DNA of 64,000 nt from Selenomonadaceae bacterium (GCA_963598415.1 CAVBUH010000073.1:131669-195668); one strand, 5' to 3'; positions 1-9,432 are shown, counted from the first letter of the stretch. Numbers and translations are program-made. The notes: a model not told the origin generated them from the letters alone.

Positions 1-1008
1 AACGGAAGCTCTGAGCATGGAACAGGGATCGGCATACTTACCGCGCCCTTCGGTGATCATTCTCGGAGCGGAGCCGTGAATTGCCTCAAACATAGCATAT
101 TTTTTGCCGATATTGGCAGAGCCGGCTGTTCCGACGCCTCCCTGAAATTCTGCCGCCTCGTCGGTAATAATATCACCGTAGAGATTCGGGAGAATAAAGA
201 CCTTAAAGTCGGTACGGCGCTTTTCATCGACGAGCTTTGCCGTCATGATATCGATAAACCAGTTGTCGGTTCTGATTTCGGGATACTCCTTGCCGATTTC
301 CTCGCAGATACGAAGAAACTTTCCATCGGTGGTTTTGATGATATTTGCTTTTGTAACAATGGAAACGTGATCTTTTCCGTTCTTTTTTGCATATTCGTAA
401 GCAAGACGGGCAATGCGGTTGCAGCCCTCTGTGGTAGTAACACAGAAATCAAGTGCAAGATCGTCGGTAACATGGATTCCCTGGCTTCCGACCGCATAGC
501 TTCCTTCAGTATTTTCACGGAAGAATGTCCAGTCGATTCCCTTGTCGGGAACTTTGACGGGGCGGACATTGGCGAAGAGGTCAAGCTTCTTTCTCATGGC
601 AACATTTGCCGACTCGATGTTAGGCCACGGATCTCCGGCACGGGGAGTAGTGGTGGGACCCTTGAGAATAACATCGCATTTGTAAAGCTCCTCCATAACG
701 TCGTCAGGAATGGCCTGCATATGTGCAACGCGGTTTTCAATGGTAAGTCCGTCTATCGTCTTGAAAACAATTCTGCCGTTTTTTACATCATCAGCGAGGA
801 GGTATTCAAGCACTTTTGCGGAAGCCTCTGTAATGATTGGACCGATGCCATCTCCGCCACAGACACCGATGGTGATTTTATCAAGCTTTGAATAGTCTAC
901 CGCGTCTCCCGCCGCGTTAATTTTTTCTACGCGTTCAAGCTGAGAGCGAAGTAGCGCCTCGTATTTGGTCAGAGCGGTTTGAATCTGGGTTTCGTAATTT
1001 CCTATCAT
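1..1008 (-). CDS. isocitrate/isopropylmalate dehydrogenase family protein, first 336 codons (3' end lies beyond window start)
   Basis: Absent from the ORF track because it runs off the window. Hand translation of the minus strand from ATG 1008 gives MIGNYETQIQ...ITIGVCGGDGIGPIITEAS...ILPNLYGDIITDEAAEFQGGVGTAGSANIG. This contains the N-L-Y-G-D-I-x-T-D signature of beta-decarboxylating dehydrogenases. The + ORF 76..891 is its shadow. Confidence 0.8.
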   Translation of the reverse strand, partial: MIGNYETQIQTALTKYEALLRSQLERVEKINAAGDAVDYSKLDKITIGVCGGDGIGPIITEASAKVLEYLLADDVKNGRIVFKTIDGLTIENRVAHMQAIPDDVMEELYKCDVILKGPTTTPRAGDPWPNIESANVAMRKKLDLFANVRPVKVPDKGIDWTFFRENTEGSYAVGSQGIHVTDDLALDFCVTTTEGCNRIARLAYEYAKKNGKDHVSIVTKANIIKTTDGKFLRICEEIGKEYPEIRTDNWFIDIMTAKLVDEKRRTDFKVFILPNLYGDIITDEAAEFQGGVGTAGSANIGKKYAMFEAIHGSAPRMITEGRGKYADPCSMLRASV

Positions 1009-1084
1009 ATTTTTTCCTTTTCTCCGGCGATAAATTTTCCGTTTGATTCGGAAGCCGCCGGTTTATTGATTTTGCTGATTGTTT

Positions 1085-1190
1085 TTATCCACAGTTTCAA
1101 CAGGGTTTTCCACAGGAGAGCAGAAGTATTTATGCCTATATTGTAGGATAATGTCGGAAATGTATCGCTTTTTGCACAGGGTGTGGAAAA
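1085..1190. promoter_or_regulatory. cluster of three DnaA-box-like 9-mers
   Basis: TTATCCACA (1085..1093, perfect consensus), TTTTCCACA (1106..1114), and TTTTCCACA on the minus strand (1182..1190). Confidence 0.5.
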
Positions 1191-1240
1191 ATCACAGGGG
1201 AAAACTATGAGAAAGTTTTGGTTGGAATAAGAGGAGTCCG

Positions 1241-2245
1241 CTATTCGCCGGTGGCAAAAGCGTTAAGCTCCGCACCTGCGGTATTTCCTGCAAGGAGCTC
1301 ATAATAAGTCTGAGCACCTATCATGGCGGCGTTATCTCCGCAGAGAAAACGAGGCGGGACATAGAAACGAATACCGCTGCTGCTTGTATAGGATTCAAGC
1401 GCTTTTCTCAGGTGAGAGTTTGCGGATACGCCTCCCGCAAGTACGAGCGAGCGGCATTTTCTGTTGGAAAAGGCAAGCTCCAGCTTTTTTATTACTGATG
1501 AGGTTACCGAAGCGGTAAAAGAGGCGGCAATATCGGCTTTGGGAATTTCTTCTCCTCGCTGCGTGATAGTATGAATATAATTGATAACATGTGTTTTTAA
1601 GCCGCTGAATGAAAAGTCAAGGCTTTCACCAGCGATTGCCGCGGAAGGAAAGGCAACAGTTCCGGGATTTCCAATTGAGGCAAGTCTGTCCATTTCCGCA
1701 CCTCCCGGATAAGGGATGCCCATAACCCTTGCCACCTTGTCAAACGCTTCTCCCATAGCGTCGTCTCTTGTTCTTCCGACAGTTTTGAAGTCGGTATATG
1801 AGTTTACTTCAATGATGGAGGTATGACCTCCGGAGGCAACAAGGGCGAGAAAAGGAGGCTGAAGCTCTGCGTAAGAAAGATAATTTGCCGCAACATGCCC
1901 CCTTATATGGTTAACCGGAACGAGAGGTATTCCGTTTGAAACGGCAAGCGATTTTGCAAAGTTAACGCCGACAAGCAGTGCGCCGATAAGACCGGGGCGG
2001 TTTGTCACTCCTACTGCGCCGATATCCGACAGCTGCAGATTTGCCTGCTTCAAAGCCTCATAGGTTATACGGCTTATGGCTTCTATATGCGCTCTGCCGG
2101 CGATTTCGGGAACAACACCGCCGTATAGCGCGTGAATTTCTATTTGCGAAGCGACGATATTGGAAAGAATTTTCCGTTCCTCTCCCATTTCTACAACAGC
2201 GGCCGAGGTTTCGTCGCATGAGCTTTCTATTGATAAAATATACAT
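1241..2245 (-). CDS. tsaD: tRNA N6-adenosine threonylcarbamoyltransferase TsaD
   Basis: 334 aa. MYILSIESSCDETSAAVV N-terminus and HIRGH metal motif typical of the Kae1/TsaD family. Confidence 0.95.
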   Translation of the reverse strand: MYILSIESSCDETSAAVVEMGEERKILSNIVASQIEIHALYGGVVPEIAGRAHIEAISRITYEALKQANLQLSDIGAVGVTNRPGLIGALLVGVNFAKSLAVSNGIPLVPVNHIRGHVAANYLSYAELQPPFLALVASGGHTSIIEVNSYTDFKTVGRTRDDAMGEAFDKVARVMGIPYPGGAEMDRLASIGNPGTVAFPSAAIAGESLDFSFSGLKTHVINYIHTITQRGEEIPKADIAASFTASVTSSVIKKLELAFSNRKCRSLVLAGGVSANSHLRKALESYTSSSGIRFYVPPRFLCGDNAAMIGAQTYYELLAGNTAGAELNAFATGE

Positions 2246-2249
2246 AAGG

Positions 2250-2735
2250 TCATTTTTCCTTTTCTGTCCCGGTGTAAAAGCGCTTTGTCATCAGTATCGC
2301 ATCCTCTGTCGGACGGCGGTAATATTTTTTTCTTTTTCCGTCAATCTCAAAACCGAATTTCTCATATAGTCTGCGCGCTGCGGAATTAGATTCTCTTACT
2401 TCAAGATGAAGGGAGGTAACGCCGTTTTTCTCGGCATATTCGATCAGCGCTTCGAGGAGCAGAGAACCGATGCCCTTTTCTCTGTAATCGGGCAGTACCG
2501 CAATGTTAGTGATATCGGCGGAATCAAGTACCGTATACATCCCTCCGCATCCGCAGATTGAGCCGGACACGGAATCGATCGCCATATAATAGGTGTACAT
2601 CGCATTTTCGCATACCGACGCGAAGGCTTCAGAGCTCCATGGGTTGCTGAAGCAGCGCGCTTCAAGTCTGACGATTTCTGCAATATGCGCGGTATCAAGA
2701 GGAAGAATGATGATTCCGTCATTCCGTGGTTTCAT
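2250..2735 (-). CDS. rimI: ribosomal-protein-alanine N-acetyltransferase (GNAT)
   Basis: 161 aa GNAT with acetyl-CoA motif REKGIGS. Sits 4 nt upstream of tsaD, the classical rimI-tsaD arrangement. Confidence 0.8.
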   Translation of the reverse strand: MKPRNDGIIILPLDTAHIAEIVRLEARCFSNPWSSEAFASVCENAMYTYYMAIDSVSGSICGCGGMYTVLDSADITNIAVLPDYREKGIGSLLLEALIEYAEKNGVTSLHLEVRESNSAARRLYEKFGFEIDGKRKKYYRRPTEDAILMTKRFYTGTEKEK

Positions 2736-3477
2736 TGCTGTTTCCTTCTTCGGTATCGGTTACAGGCTGGGAGTCTTCGTTATGAGTTCCTTCCAAATAG
2801 AGAGCAACCGTATCATCAGCCTTTACGCAACGCCCGGTTCCCCTGTCATAATAATAACGACCTTCGTTTGATACAATATATACGACATTATAATATATCC
2901 AAGTATAGCGTGATGAGGAGATACGGAGTGTATATACGGCGGTGCTGGAGTTCGGTTCGGCAACCGTTTTACCGTTAAGTACCTCGTTGACAATATGCAT
3001 CACATCGCTGTAGTCGTTTATATCTGCCATACGTACTACAGCGGAGGAATTGTCACGACATACCTGAATTCTTGTGGGATAAAACTCTTCAAGAGAGGGC
3101 AGCGTAGTATTTTCGTTGTAATACACTCCGAAGATTCCGTAATAATCCTCTGCCAGCCATTCGCTTGTGCTCATGCCGGTAATGGGATACATATAATTTC
3201 CGTCAAGCTTTCCGTATGGCTTTTGGGTGTAGGATACGGGTTCATAATTCTGTGGAGCGGCGAGATAGGTAATACCGTTTTCGTCGTCGATATATTTACC
3301 GTTGACGTTCTCTATCTTTACATAATGCGGGAGAGAGGCGATTATTGCAATTACGATGACGGCTGTCACACATATTGCCGAAATAAGGATAATAACATTT
3401 CTTTTCCGTGCTTTTTTCTGTTTATGCAGTGCCTTGCGCTCCGCAAGAAGCTTCTTGTTCTGAATTCTTTTACTCAA
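2719..3477 (-). CDS. hypothetical membrane-anchored protein
   Basis: 252 aa. Basic N-terminal tail, single TM (VIILISAICVTAVIVIAIIASL), then a Tyr-rich extracytoplasmic domain. No family recognised. Confidence 0.6.
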   Translation of the reverse strand: MSKRIQNKKLLAERKALHKQKKARKRNVIILISAICVTAVIVIAIIASLPHYVKIENVNGKYIDDENGITYLAAPQNYEPVSYTQKPYGKLDGNYMYPITGMSTSEWLAEDYYGIFGVYYNENTTLPSLEEFYPTRIQVCRDNSSAVVRMADINDYSDVMHIVNEVLNGKTVAEPNSSTAVYTLRISSSRYTWIYYNVVYIVSNEGRYYYDRGTGRCVKADDTVALYLEGTHNEDSQPVTDTEEGNSNETTE

Positions 3478-3487
3478 AATAAACCTC

Positions 3488-3988
3488 TCAGTACCCGAAC
3501 TGACCGCTTAAGCTGTCATCATCGGTGATCCAATCGGAAACCTCGATTATCCTGTACTTGTCAGGAGTATCTCTGACAATAACCTTTTCAATTCCCGCGT
3601 TGATAACCTGTCTTTTGCACATTGCGCAGCTTGAGGTACCGGGAATCAGTTCTCCGCTCTGTGGGTCAACAGAAGCCATATACAGTGTAGAGCCGATCAT
3701 TTCTTCTCTTGAAGCCGAGATAATAGCATTGGCTTCCGCGTGTATGGAGCGGCACATCTCATACCGCTCTCCGCGAGGGATGTTCAGCTTGTCCCTCATG
3801 CAGAACATAAGGTCGGAACAGTTTTTTCTTCCTCTCGGGGCACCGTTATAGCCTGTTGACACGATACAATCGTCTTTTACGATGATCGCGCCGTAATGCT
3901 TTCGGAGACAGGTACTTCTTTTCGCCACGGTTTGGGCAATATCAAGATAATAGTTGATTTTTGAAACTCTTTCCATAATATTCCTCAC
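3488..3988 (-). CDS. comEB: dCMP deaminase (ComEB-type cytidine/deoxycytidylate deaminase)
   Basis: 166 aa with zinc motifs HAEANAI and SCAMCKRQVINAG. Confidence 0.85.
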   Translation of the reverse strand: MRNIMERVSKINYYLDIAQTVAKRSTCLRKHYGAIIVKDDCIVSTGYNGAPRGRKNCSDLMFCMRDKLNIPRGERYEMCRSIHAEANAIISASREEMIGSTLYMASVDPQSGELIPGTSSCAMCKRQVINAGIEKVIVRDTPDKYRIIEVSDWITDDDSLSGQFGY

Positions 3989-3991
3989 GAA

Positions 3992-4861
3992 TTACAGTGT
4001 TTTTACAAATTCCTTGAGAAATGCAGTAAATTCCTCTCCGATTTCAGGGTGCTTTACCGCTTGCTCGACATTTGCCGTCATGAAGCCAAGCTTTGAGCCC
4101 ATATCATAGCGTTTTCCTTCAAAATCGACTCCAATCATACCGCCGCTTCGGCAGGTTACTTTCATAGCATCGGTAAGCTGGAGTTCTCCTCCGGCTCCGG
4201 GCTTTGTAACCTCGAGAATGTCATATATTTCCGGCGTGAGAAGCACCCGACCGAGGATTGAATAATTTGTCATGATTTCTTCCGGCTTTGGTTTTTCAAT
4301 CATGTCATATATTTTGTAGCGGTTTTTGTCCAGCCTGTCCATTCCCATGGTGCAGTAGCGGCAGACCAGCTCGGGCGGAACCTCTTTGATTCCGGCGACC
4401 GGCATCCCGTATGCTTCATAAGCTGAGATAAGCTGAGCGCAGACGGGCGTTTCCGAAAAGATAATGTCGTCTCCGTAGAGTACGACAAACGGATCGTTTC
4501 CCGTAAAAGATTTCGCTTTATAGATCGCGTGTCCGAGCCCCTTTGCTTCATGCTGGCGCAAAAAGGTGATATTGGCAATTTCCGCAATGCGGCGGATTTC
4601 TTCTATACGGGCTTCTTTACCGTCCGCGCGGAGCTTGTCCTCATATTCGGGAGAATAATCGAAATAGTCCTCGATCATATTTTTATTTCTTCCGGTTATG
4701 ATAAGAATGTCGGTGATTCCGCTTTTCGCCGCCTCATCGACAAGATACGAAATCGCGGGGCGGTCAACAATGGGGAGGATTTCTTTCGGCACCGATCTGG
4801 CAATCGGAAGCATTCTTGTACCGAGCCCTGCAGCGGGAATGACAGCTTTCGTTATTTTCAT
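3992..4861 (-). CDS. galU: UTP--glucose-1-phosphate uridylyltransferase
   Basis: 289 aa. N-terminal KAVIPAAGLGTRMLP nucleotidyl-transferase motif and overall GalU-like sequence. Confidence 0.92.
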   Translation of the reverse strand: MKITKAVIPAAGLGTRMLPIARSVPKEILPIVDRPAISYLVDEAAKSGITDILIITGRNKNMIEDYFDYSPEYEDKLRADGKEARIEEIRRIAEIANITFLRQHEAKGLGHAIYKAKSFTGNDPFVVLYGDDIIFSETPVCAQLISAYEAYGMPVAGIKEVPPELVCRYCTMGMDRLDKNRYKIYDMIEKPKPEEIMTNYSILGRVLLTPEIYDILEVTKPGAGGELQLTDAMKVTCRSGGMIGVDFEGKRYDMGSKLGFMTANVEQAVKHPEIGEEFTAFLKEFVKTL

Positions 4862-4973
4862 ATTGCTTGTCCTTTCGAAATATGATGATATTTCTTCTTA
4901 TCAGTATACCATAAACAGCATACGGTTTACAAGAGTTTTTTATTTTATATTTTGTAATTATCGCTGTATTGCC

Positions 4974-5474
4974 TCATACGCTTGCACGGAGCTTCAGCTC
5001 GGAGGCGAAATCCTCTCCGCACTGGATGCGCACAGATGACAGTTCTCCGTTTGTCTCAAAAAGCAGAATATAGGATTCTGCCGGAAACATATCGGCGCAA
5101 AAATTCATTCGTGACGAGAGATGACCGTATTCTTCCTTTAAATTCTTGGACTTTGTATACGGAATAACAGCGGTCATATTTTTCAGATTAAGTGTGAGAA
5201 CGGAAAAACGCTTTTTTCCCTGTGTTCTGATAATGGTCATTCTGTTTCTTTTTAAGATTTCATCAGCCGGATCGAGGATGTACTCATATCCCGAAAGCAG
5301 ATACCGCTGAGAAATTTGAATGACGGCTACCAAGGAGGCGAGCATAAGAATCTGCCATATTCCTCTCCATCCGATTTCAAGAGAGGAAAAAATTCCGCAC
5401 AGAAGCGCGAGAAGGAAGAAAAGTACGCATACTACCTTTGCCGTTCCGCGGCGGCGCAAACAAATGTATGTCAT
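4974..5474 (-). CDS. hypothetical membrane protein (two TM helices plus soluble C-terminal domain)
   Basis: 166 aa. ATGA start/stop overlap with the upstream phosphoesterase gene suggests translational coupling. Confidence 0.55.
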   Translation of the reverse strand: MTYICLRRRGTAKVVCVLFFLLALLCGIFSSLEIGWRGIWQILMLASLVAVIQISQRYLLSGYEYILDPADEILKRNRMTIIRTQGKKRFSVLTLNLKNMTAVIPYTKSKNLKEEYGHLSSRMNFCADMFPAESYILLFETNGELSSVRIQCGEDFASELKLRASV

Positions 5475-5977
5475 ATGCCGTTGTCCTCCCGGAAAACGGA
5501 ACAGTTAGTAATCAGTGCTCCGTTTTGAACCGTAATAAAGCCGAAGGTCGGACGGCAGGAATTTCCGATGCTTCCGGGGTTGAAAATATAGAGAGGTTTT
5601 TCGCCCGCCTGACCAGGAAGATATCTGTTATCAACGGTATGAGTATGTCCATACAGCACAATGTCTGCATTTCGGGAACGGGCATATTTTTCAAGCGCTT
5701 CGGTATCGTGCTTGACATTCATACTGTGACCGTGAAGTATCAGAAATTTTATTCCTTCCCATTCAAATTCTTTTTCTGAAGGAATGTCCTTGCGGAGACC
5801 GTCGCAGTTTCCGCGTACATAGGTGTAGATCCGCCGCCTGCGATCCCGCAGCTCCAATTTCTCGATATCGCTGATACCGTCTCCGAGATGGATGACGGCG
5901 TCTGCGCCGCACCTGTCGATAGCGACAGCCATCCGTGAAGTGTTTCCATGTGAATCGGAAAAAACCACTATATCCAT
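5471..5977 (-). CDS. YfcE-type metallophosphoesterase
   Basis: Calcineurin-like motifs DIVVFSDSHGN, GDG, GNCD, HGH. Start moved to ATG 5977, which is preceded by AAAGGAGAG. Confidence 0.8.
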   Translation of the reverse strand: MDIVVFSDSHGNTSRMAVAIDRCGADAVIHLGDGISDIEKLELRDRRRRIYTYVRGNCDGLRKDIPSEKEFEWEGIKFLILHGHSMNVKHDTEALEKYARSRNADIVLYGHTHTVDNRYLPGQAGEKPLYIFNPGSIGNSCRPTFGFITVQNGALITNCSVFREDNGI

Positions 5978-6406
5978 ATGCTCTCCTTTTTGGATTATAC
6001 CGGATAGCCAATTGTAAAACCGCGCTTTACAATGGAGGATTGCGCAGCGGGGATACGCGCGCTTATCTCCGGCGGCAAAAATCAAGACTTTTTGTCGCTC
6101 TCCTCGGCGCGCGCAGACTCGCTTGGCTCGTCTTAAAGATGTTTTTTCATCGGCAAAGTCGTTGAAAAAACGGATGTTATTATCAATCGCTGACTTTTAC
6201 AATCGGCTATGCTTATACCGGAATTATTGAATATAACTGATAATATGCGTACTGTCGTGAAGGTGCGTACTGTCTGAAGCAGCCGCTCGCCTATCCTCAG
6301 GTAACATTTTTTATTATTATAGCATAGAATGATAATGATTACCACACAAATATGTAAATTTATCGGTATGAAACAATCTGAATATAAAAAAGAAAGGCAG
6401 ATCGAT

Positions 6407-6649
6407 ATGGAAATAAATAAAGAAACACTTAACAAAATTAAGGCTCTTGATGATGAACAGCTCAAGGCGGCAATCGGAGATATAGCTGATGCGCTCGGTG
6501 CAACGCCTCAGCAGAAAAGGCGTGCGCAGAATAATTCAAAACTAATTAAAAAGAAGATTCTTACATCGAATGAGAATGAACTTCGCCGGCAGATCAATAA
6601 AATTACGCCGGAGCAGCAGAATGAAATAGCTCGGAAGCTTAAATTTTAA
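6407..6649 (+). CDS. small hypothetical protein (80 aa, Lys/Gln-rich helical)
   Basis: In-frame ATG 6407 preceded by GAAAGG. First of three consecutive small + strand ORFs. Confidence 0.45.
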   Translation: MEINKETLNKIKALDDEQLKAAIGDIADALGATPQQKRRAQNNSKLIKKKILTSNENELRRQINKITPEQQNEIARKLKF

Positions 6650-6684
6650 TGCGCAGCATTTTAACGTTTTAAGGGGGGATTTCA

Positions 6685-7026
6685 TTGGATGGTAACATAT
6701 CCGAAATGCTGCAAAGCGTACTCAGCGATCCCGGAGCGATGAAGAAGCTGATGGGGGTGGCAGAGAATCTTATGGGCGGTACGGATAAAAATGAACAGAA
6801 GGAAAGTATCTCGACATCTTCTTCGGAGCAGGAAAAAGACAATGCTGCAAAAGAGGTTTCGGTGGTTGAACATAAGAAACGTAAGCCGGGAAATGACGAA
6901 AGAATCGCGCTGATCTCCGCACTTCGTCCGTATTTATCGGAGGAAAGACGAAAGACAGCCGACAGTCTTATCAAGATGCTGAAAATGCTTAAGCTTGCCG
7001 ATCTTAACAAGTTGATGAAAGAATAG
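6685..7026 (+). CDS. hypothetical protein (113 aa)
   Basis: ORF track, GGGGGG RBS just upstream. Low-complexity acidic centre flanked by helical ends. Confidence 0.5.
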   Translation: MDGNISEMLQSVLSDPGAMKKLMGVAENLMGGTDKNEQKESISTSSSEQEKDNAAKEVSVVEHKKRKPGNDERIALISALRPYLSEERRKTADSLIKMLKMLKLADLNKLMKE

Positions 7027-7037
7027 AACCGAAAGGA

Positions 7038-7595
7038 ATGGTCATATCAATGTATACAAGAAGCTACGGCAATCAGAGGAACGGCGTCAGAACCCAGCTC
7101 CCCCCTGATTATGGGGGAACGGCGCTTGTAATAAAACAGCCGGAAGCTCAGAGCGAAAATAAATACGCCGTGGGGTATGACGACAAAAACGGCGGAATTA
7201 TGGCAGAGCGCCGTTCAAGACGTCAGATGGGACAGAGCAGGGAAAGAGCAGAAGCGCCGCGTCGAACAGATACAACGGCGAGAAGAAGCCTTGACGATGA
7301 CCGCCAAAGACATAATACGGAAAATAGGGATAATAAAGACGACTTCCGTCCTCCGTTCGGCGGAGAAACGGGAGCGGAGACGGAAGAAACGGCAGTTTCT
7401 ACATCTTCCGATGAAGGAAAATTGTTTTCTCTGAAAGGGAAGGTATTTGATCCGGAGCATTTGAAAAGCGATGATCTTCTTCTTCTTGGATTACTCTTTC
7501 TGCTGTTTCATGATGACACCGACGGGGAGGTTGGAAGAGAAGGCTGCCGAGAGGCACTTTTGATACTTGCGGTTCTGTATCTGTCGGGATTGTGA
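7038..7595 (+). CDS. hypothetical Arg/Asp-rich protein with hydrophobic Leu-rich C-terminus
   Basis: 185 aa. PPDYGGTA motif near the N-terminus, DDLLLLGLLFLLF...LLILAVLYLSGL at the C-terminus. Followed by a terminator. Confidence 0.5.
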   Translation: MVISMYTRSYGNQRNGVRTQLPPDYGGTALVIKQPEAQSENKYAVGYDDKNGGIMAERRSRRQMGQSRERAEAPRRTDTTARRSLDDDRQRHNTENRDNKDDFRPPFGGETGAETEETAVSTSSDEGKLFSLKGKVFDPEHLKSDDLLLLGLLFLLFHDDTDGEVGREGCREALLILAVLYLSGL

Positions 7596-7638
7596 GAAGA
7601 GAGAAACAGTTTTTTATCTGAATATAAAAAAGAAAAAT

Positions 7639-7673
7639 AACCGGGTTGCCGTATATGCGGTGATCCGGTTTTA
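7639..7673 (+). terminator. Rho-independent terminator after 7038..7595
   Basis: AACCGG...CCGGTT stem followed by TTTTAT. Confidence 0.6.
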
Positions 7674-7790
7674 TGAATATCAAAGATGACTTTATATAGA
7701 TACAGCCCTGATTTTCTTGATGCATGAAAATGGTGAACATATGAGATCGATACAAGTAAAAGATTTCTGATATAAAAGCATGATTTATTC

Positions 7791-7830
7791 TTAAGGCAAT
7801 ACCGCCGGGTTTTGACGGTATTGCCTTAAG
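7791..7830. repeat. terminus-only mini-hairpin of the TTAAGG repeat
   Basis: TTAAGGCAATACCGCCGGGTTTTGACGGTATTGCCTTAA: the two termini are joined with no core. Confidence 0.8.
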
Positions 7831-8035
7831 TGTGATGTATAATGAAGAAAGAGATCACTTTATACTTGCCGACGCGGATGCGATATATAAAATAACTTAG
7901 CCGGATTGTGATCCGATATGATTTTGAAGATGGAATTTTCTGTATTGTGCCGGCAAAGTCGGAGGGAATACAGATCCGGCGGCAAGAACTGTATGATGAA
8001 GAAGCGTCGCTGTTTCGGATGGTCTTATTCTCAAG

Positions 8036-8788
8036 TCAGTGGAGTCTGCCAAGGGAGGAGAGCGCTTCATTCCGCAGCCCTTCGGTAAGAGCGGCAAAAA
8101 GAAAACGAGGAATCCTCCGTATACGGGGCATTCTTGAAGGCTCCGATATAAGACGCCATAGCCACTCAAGATGCATCCGTATCATCATTTTCGGCGCACG
8201 CCGGCTGATTTCTGCGTATATATTTACGCTGCCTCCGAGCCCGACATAAAGTTTTGCCCCGTCATAACGGTGCTCGTTTATCCAAAGCTCCTGAAGCGGT
8301 GAGCCGAGACAAACGAATACCGCATCGGCGCGGCTGTTTTTTATTTCGTCTGCGGCTTCGGAGAGAGAGGAAAAACCGTCGCGGAAGCCTGCTGTTATAA
8401 GCTTCGGATAACGGCATTGAAGCCCTTCGGCGGCTTTTTCGGCAACGCCATTCCTGCCTCCGAGGATGAAAAGGCGGTATCCCCGGGCAGCGCATTCCTC
8501 TGCAATTTTCAACCCAAGATCTACTCCTGCTACCTTTCCTCCGGCAATCGGTTTTCCTGCGAGCTTTGATGCCAGAATGACGCCGTCTCCGTCGGCTGTC
8601 GAAATGTCGGAGGAATTAAGAATTGCAAGAAATCCGGGATTTTCTCTTGCGTTTTCAGCTATTTCTGAGTTCGGGGTAAAAACCGTACAGACGCCCTTGT
8701 CGATTTCCGTAAATATTTTATCCGTAATGCCGTTTAGTGTATCGTCGTTAAATTCTATACCGCATATATTTGTTCTTAGGCTTTTCAT
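8036..8788 (-). CDS. tagA: WecB/TagA/CpsF family glycosyltransferase
   Basis: 250 aa with typical TagA-family core (FILGG...VFVCLGSPLQE). Confidence 0.85.
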   Translation of the reverse strand: MKSLRTNICGIEFNDDTLNGITDKIFTEIDKGVCTVFTPNSEIAENARENPGFLAILNSSDISTADGDGVILASKLAGKPIAGGKVAGVDLGLKIAEECAARGYRLFILGGRNGVAEKAAEGLQCRYPKLITAGFRDGFSSLSEAADEIKNSRADAVFVCLGSPLQELWINEHRYDGAKLYVGLGGSVNIYAEISRRAPKMMIRMHLEWLWRLISEPSRMPRIRRIPRFLFAALTEGLRNEALSSLGRLH

Positions 8789-8809
8789 GACGTTTCTCCG
8801 TTCATTTAT

Positions 8810-8935
8810 ATTATGGGGCGCCTCTAAAAATTCACTGCCCCAATCCGGCTCGATCTGTTTTCCGTCATTAGTCGCAAAAATTCTTGACAGATGGTTACTC
8901 TGTCTGCGGAATTTTTGTTTAGACTGACGAAAAAA
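8810..8935 (+). repeat. diverged relative of the TTAAGG repeat (Y variant)
   Basis: CCGGCTCGATCTGTTTTCCGTCATTAGTCGCAAAAA aligns with CCGGCTCAATCTGTTTTTTATCATTCGTCACAAAAA at about 56010. Confidence 0.45.
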
Positions 8936-9029
8936 TCACTTTGCCGTCTATGCACGCTGAATTATTAGAAGTCCCTTATATTGAGTATTTCCGTTATTTT
9001 TTATTTTTATTTCCATTTGTGTCATAATA

Positions 9030-9216
9030 ATGTCTGCTGAACAACCGAAAAACGGGGCAATAATCCAAATTTCTATGTTTTTAGGTTGTTCATGTGCAAG
9101 GTTTTTTATACTTGTGCATATAATCCTTGCTCTACAGACGGTATTCAATAGAAGCTGAACTCCAAAAAGTCTGCTTTTGCGTTATGCGAACGCATTTGCG
9201 GTTATTCAGCAGACAT
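9030..9216. repeat. second palindromic repeat family (termini ATGTCTRCTGAA)
   Basis: ATGTCTGCTGAA at 9030..9041 and TTCAGCAGACAT at 9205..9216. Shares the termini and a GTGCAAGGTTT segment with 45997..46403. Confidence 0.55.
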
Positions 9217-9262
9217 ATAATACAGATCATAAAAAAACGACCGATTTTCCTTTATGATATTA

Positions 9263-9432
9263 TTGAAAGCAACGTCGATTGGTTCACGGTTATCGTCATA
9301 ATGACACATATACTTGCCTGTTTTCCGTCATACTTCACAAACATTGTCGACTGAGGAGCTGCTCTTGTCTCCTCAATTGATATTGTCTGACAAAAAATCT
9401 GACGGGAACTGTTAGGTTTAGCAACAGTACCC
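9263..9432 (+). repeat. TTAAGG-terminus repeat, degenerate full-length copy
   Basis: Contains TTTTCCGTCATACTTCACAAACATTGTCGACTGAGGAGCTGCTCTTGTCTCCTCAATTGATATTGTCTGACAAAAAATC. Termini are decayed. Confidence 0.7.

Noticed and set aside
76-891. 271-aa + strand ORF at the window start
   Set aside because: It is the antisense shadow of a clearly recognisable minus-strand dehydrogenase gene (NLYGDIITD signature). It has no RBS and no recognisable protein-family motifs.
1085-1190. Replication origin (oriC)
   Set aside because: There are only three boxes. No dnaA or dnaN genes are adjacent and I saw no AT-rich unwinding element. A DnaA-box cluster or DnaA-regulated promoter is the more conservative reading.
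6661-6960. Apparent 1-nt disagreement between my manual codon walk and the ORF-track frame of 6685..7026 (possible frameshift)
   Set aside because: Three track ORFs on both strands are mutually consistent here, and flanking genes index correctly. This is most likely my own counting error in a G-run, so I make no frameshift or pseudogene claim.
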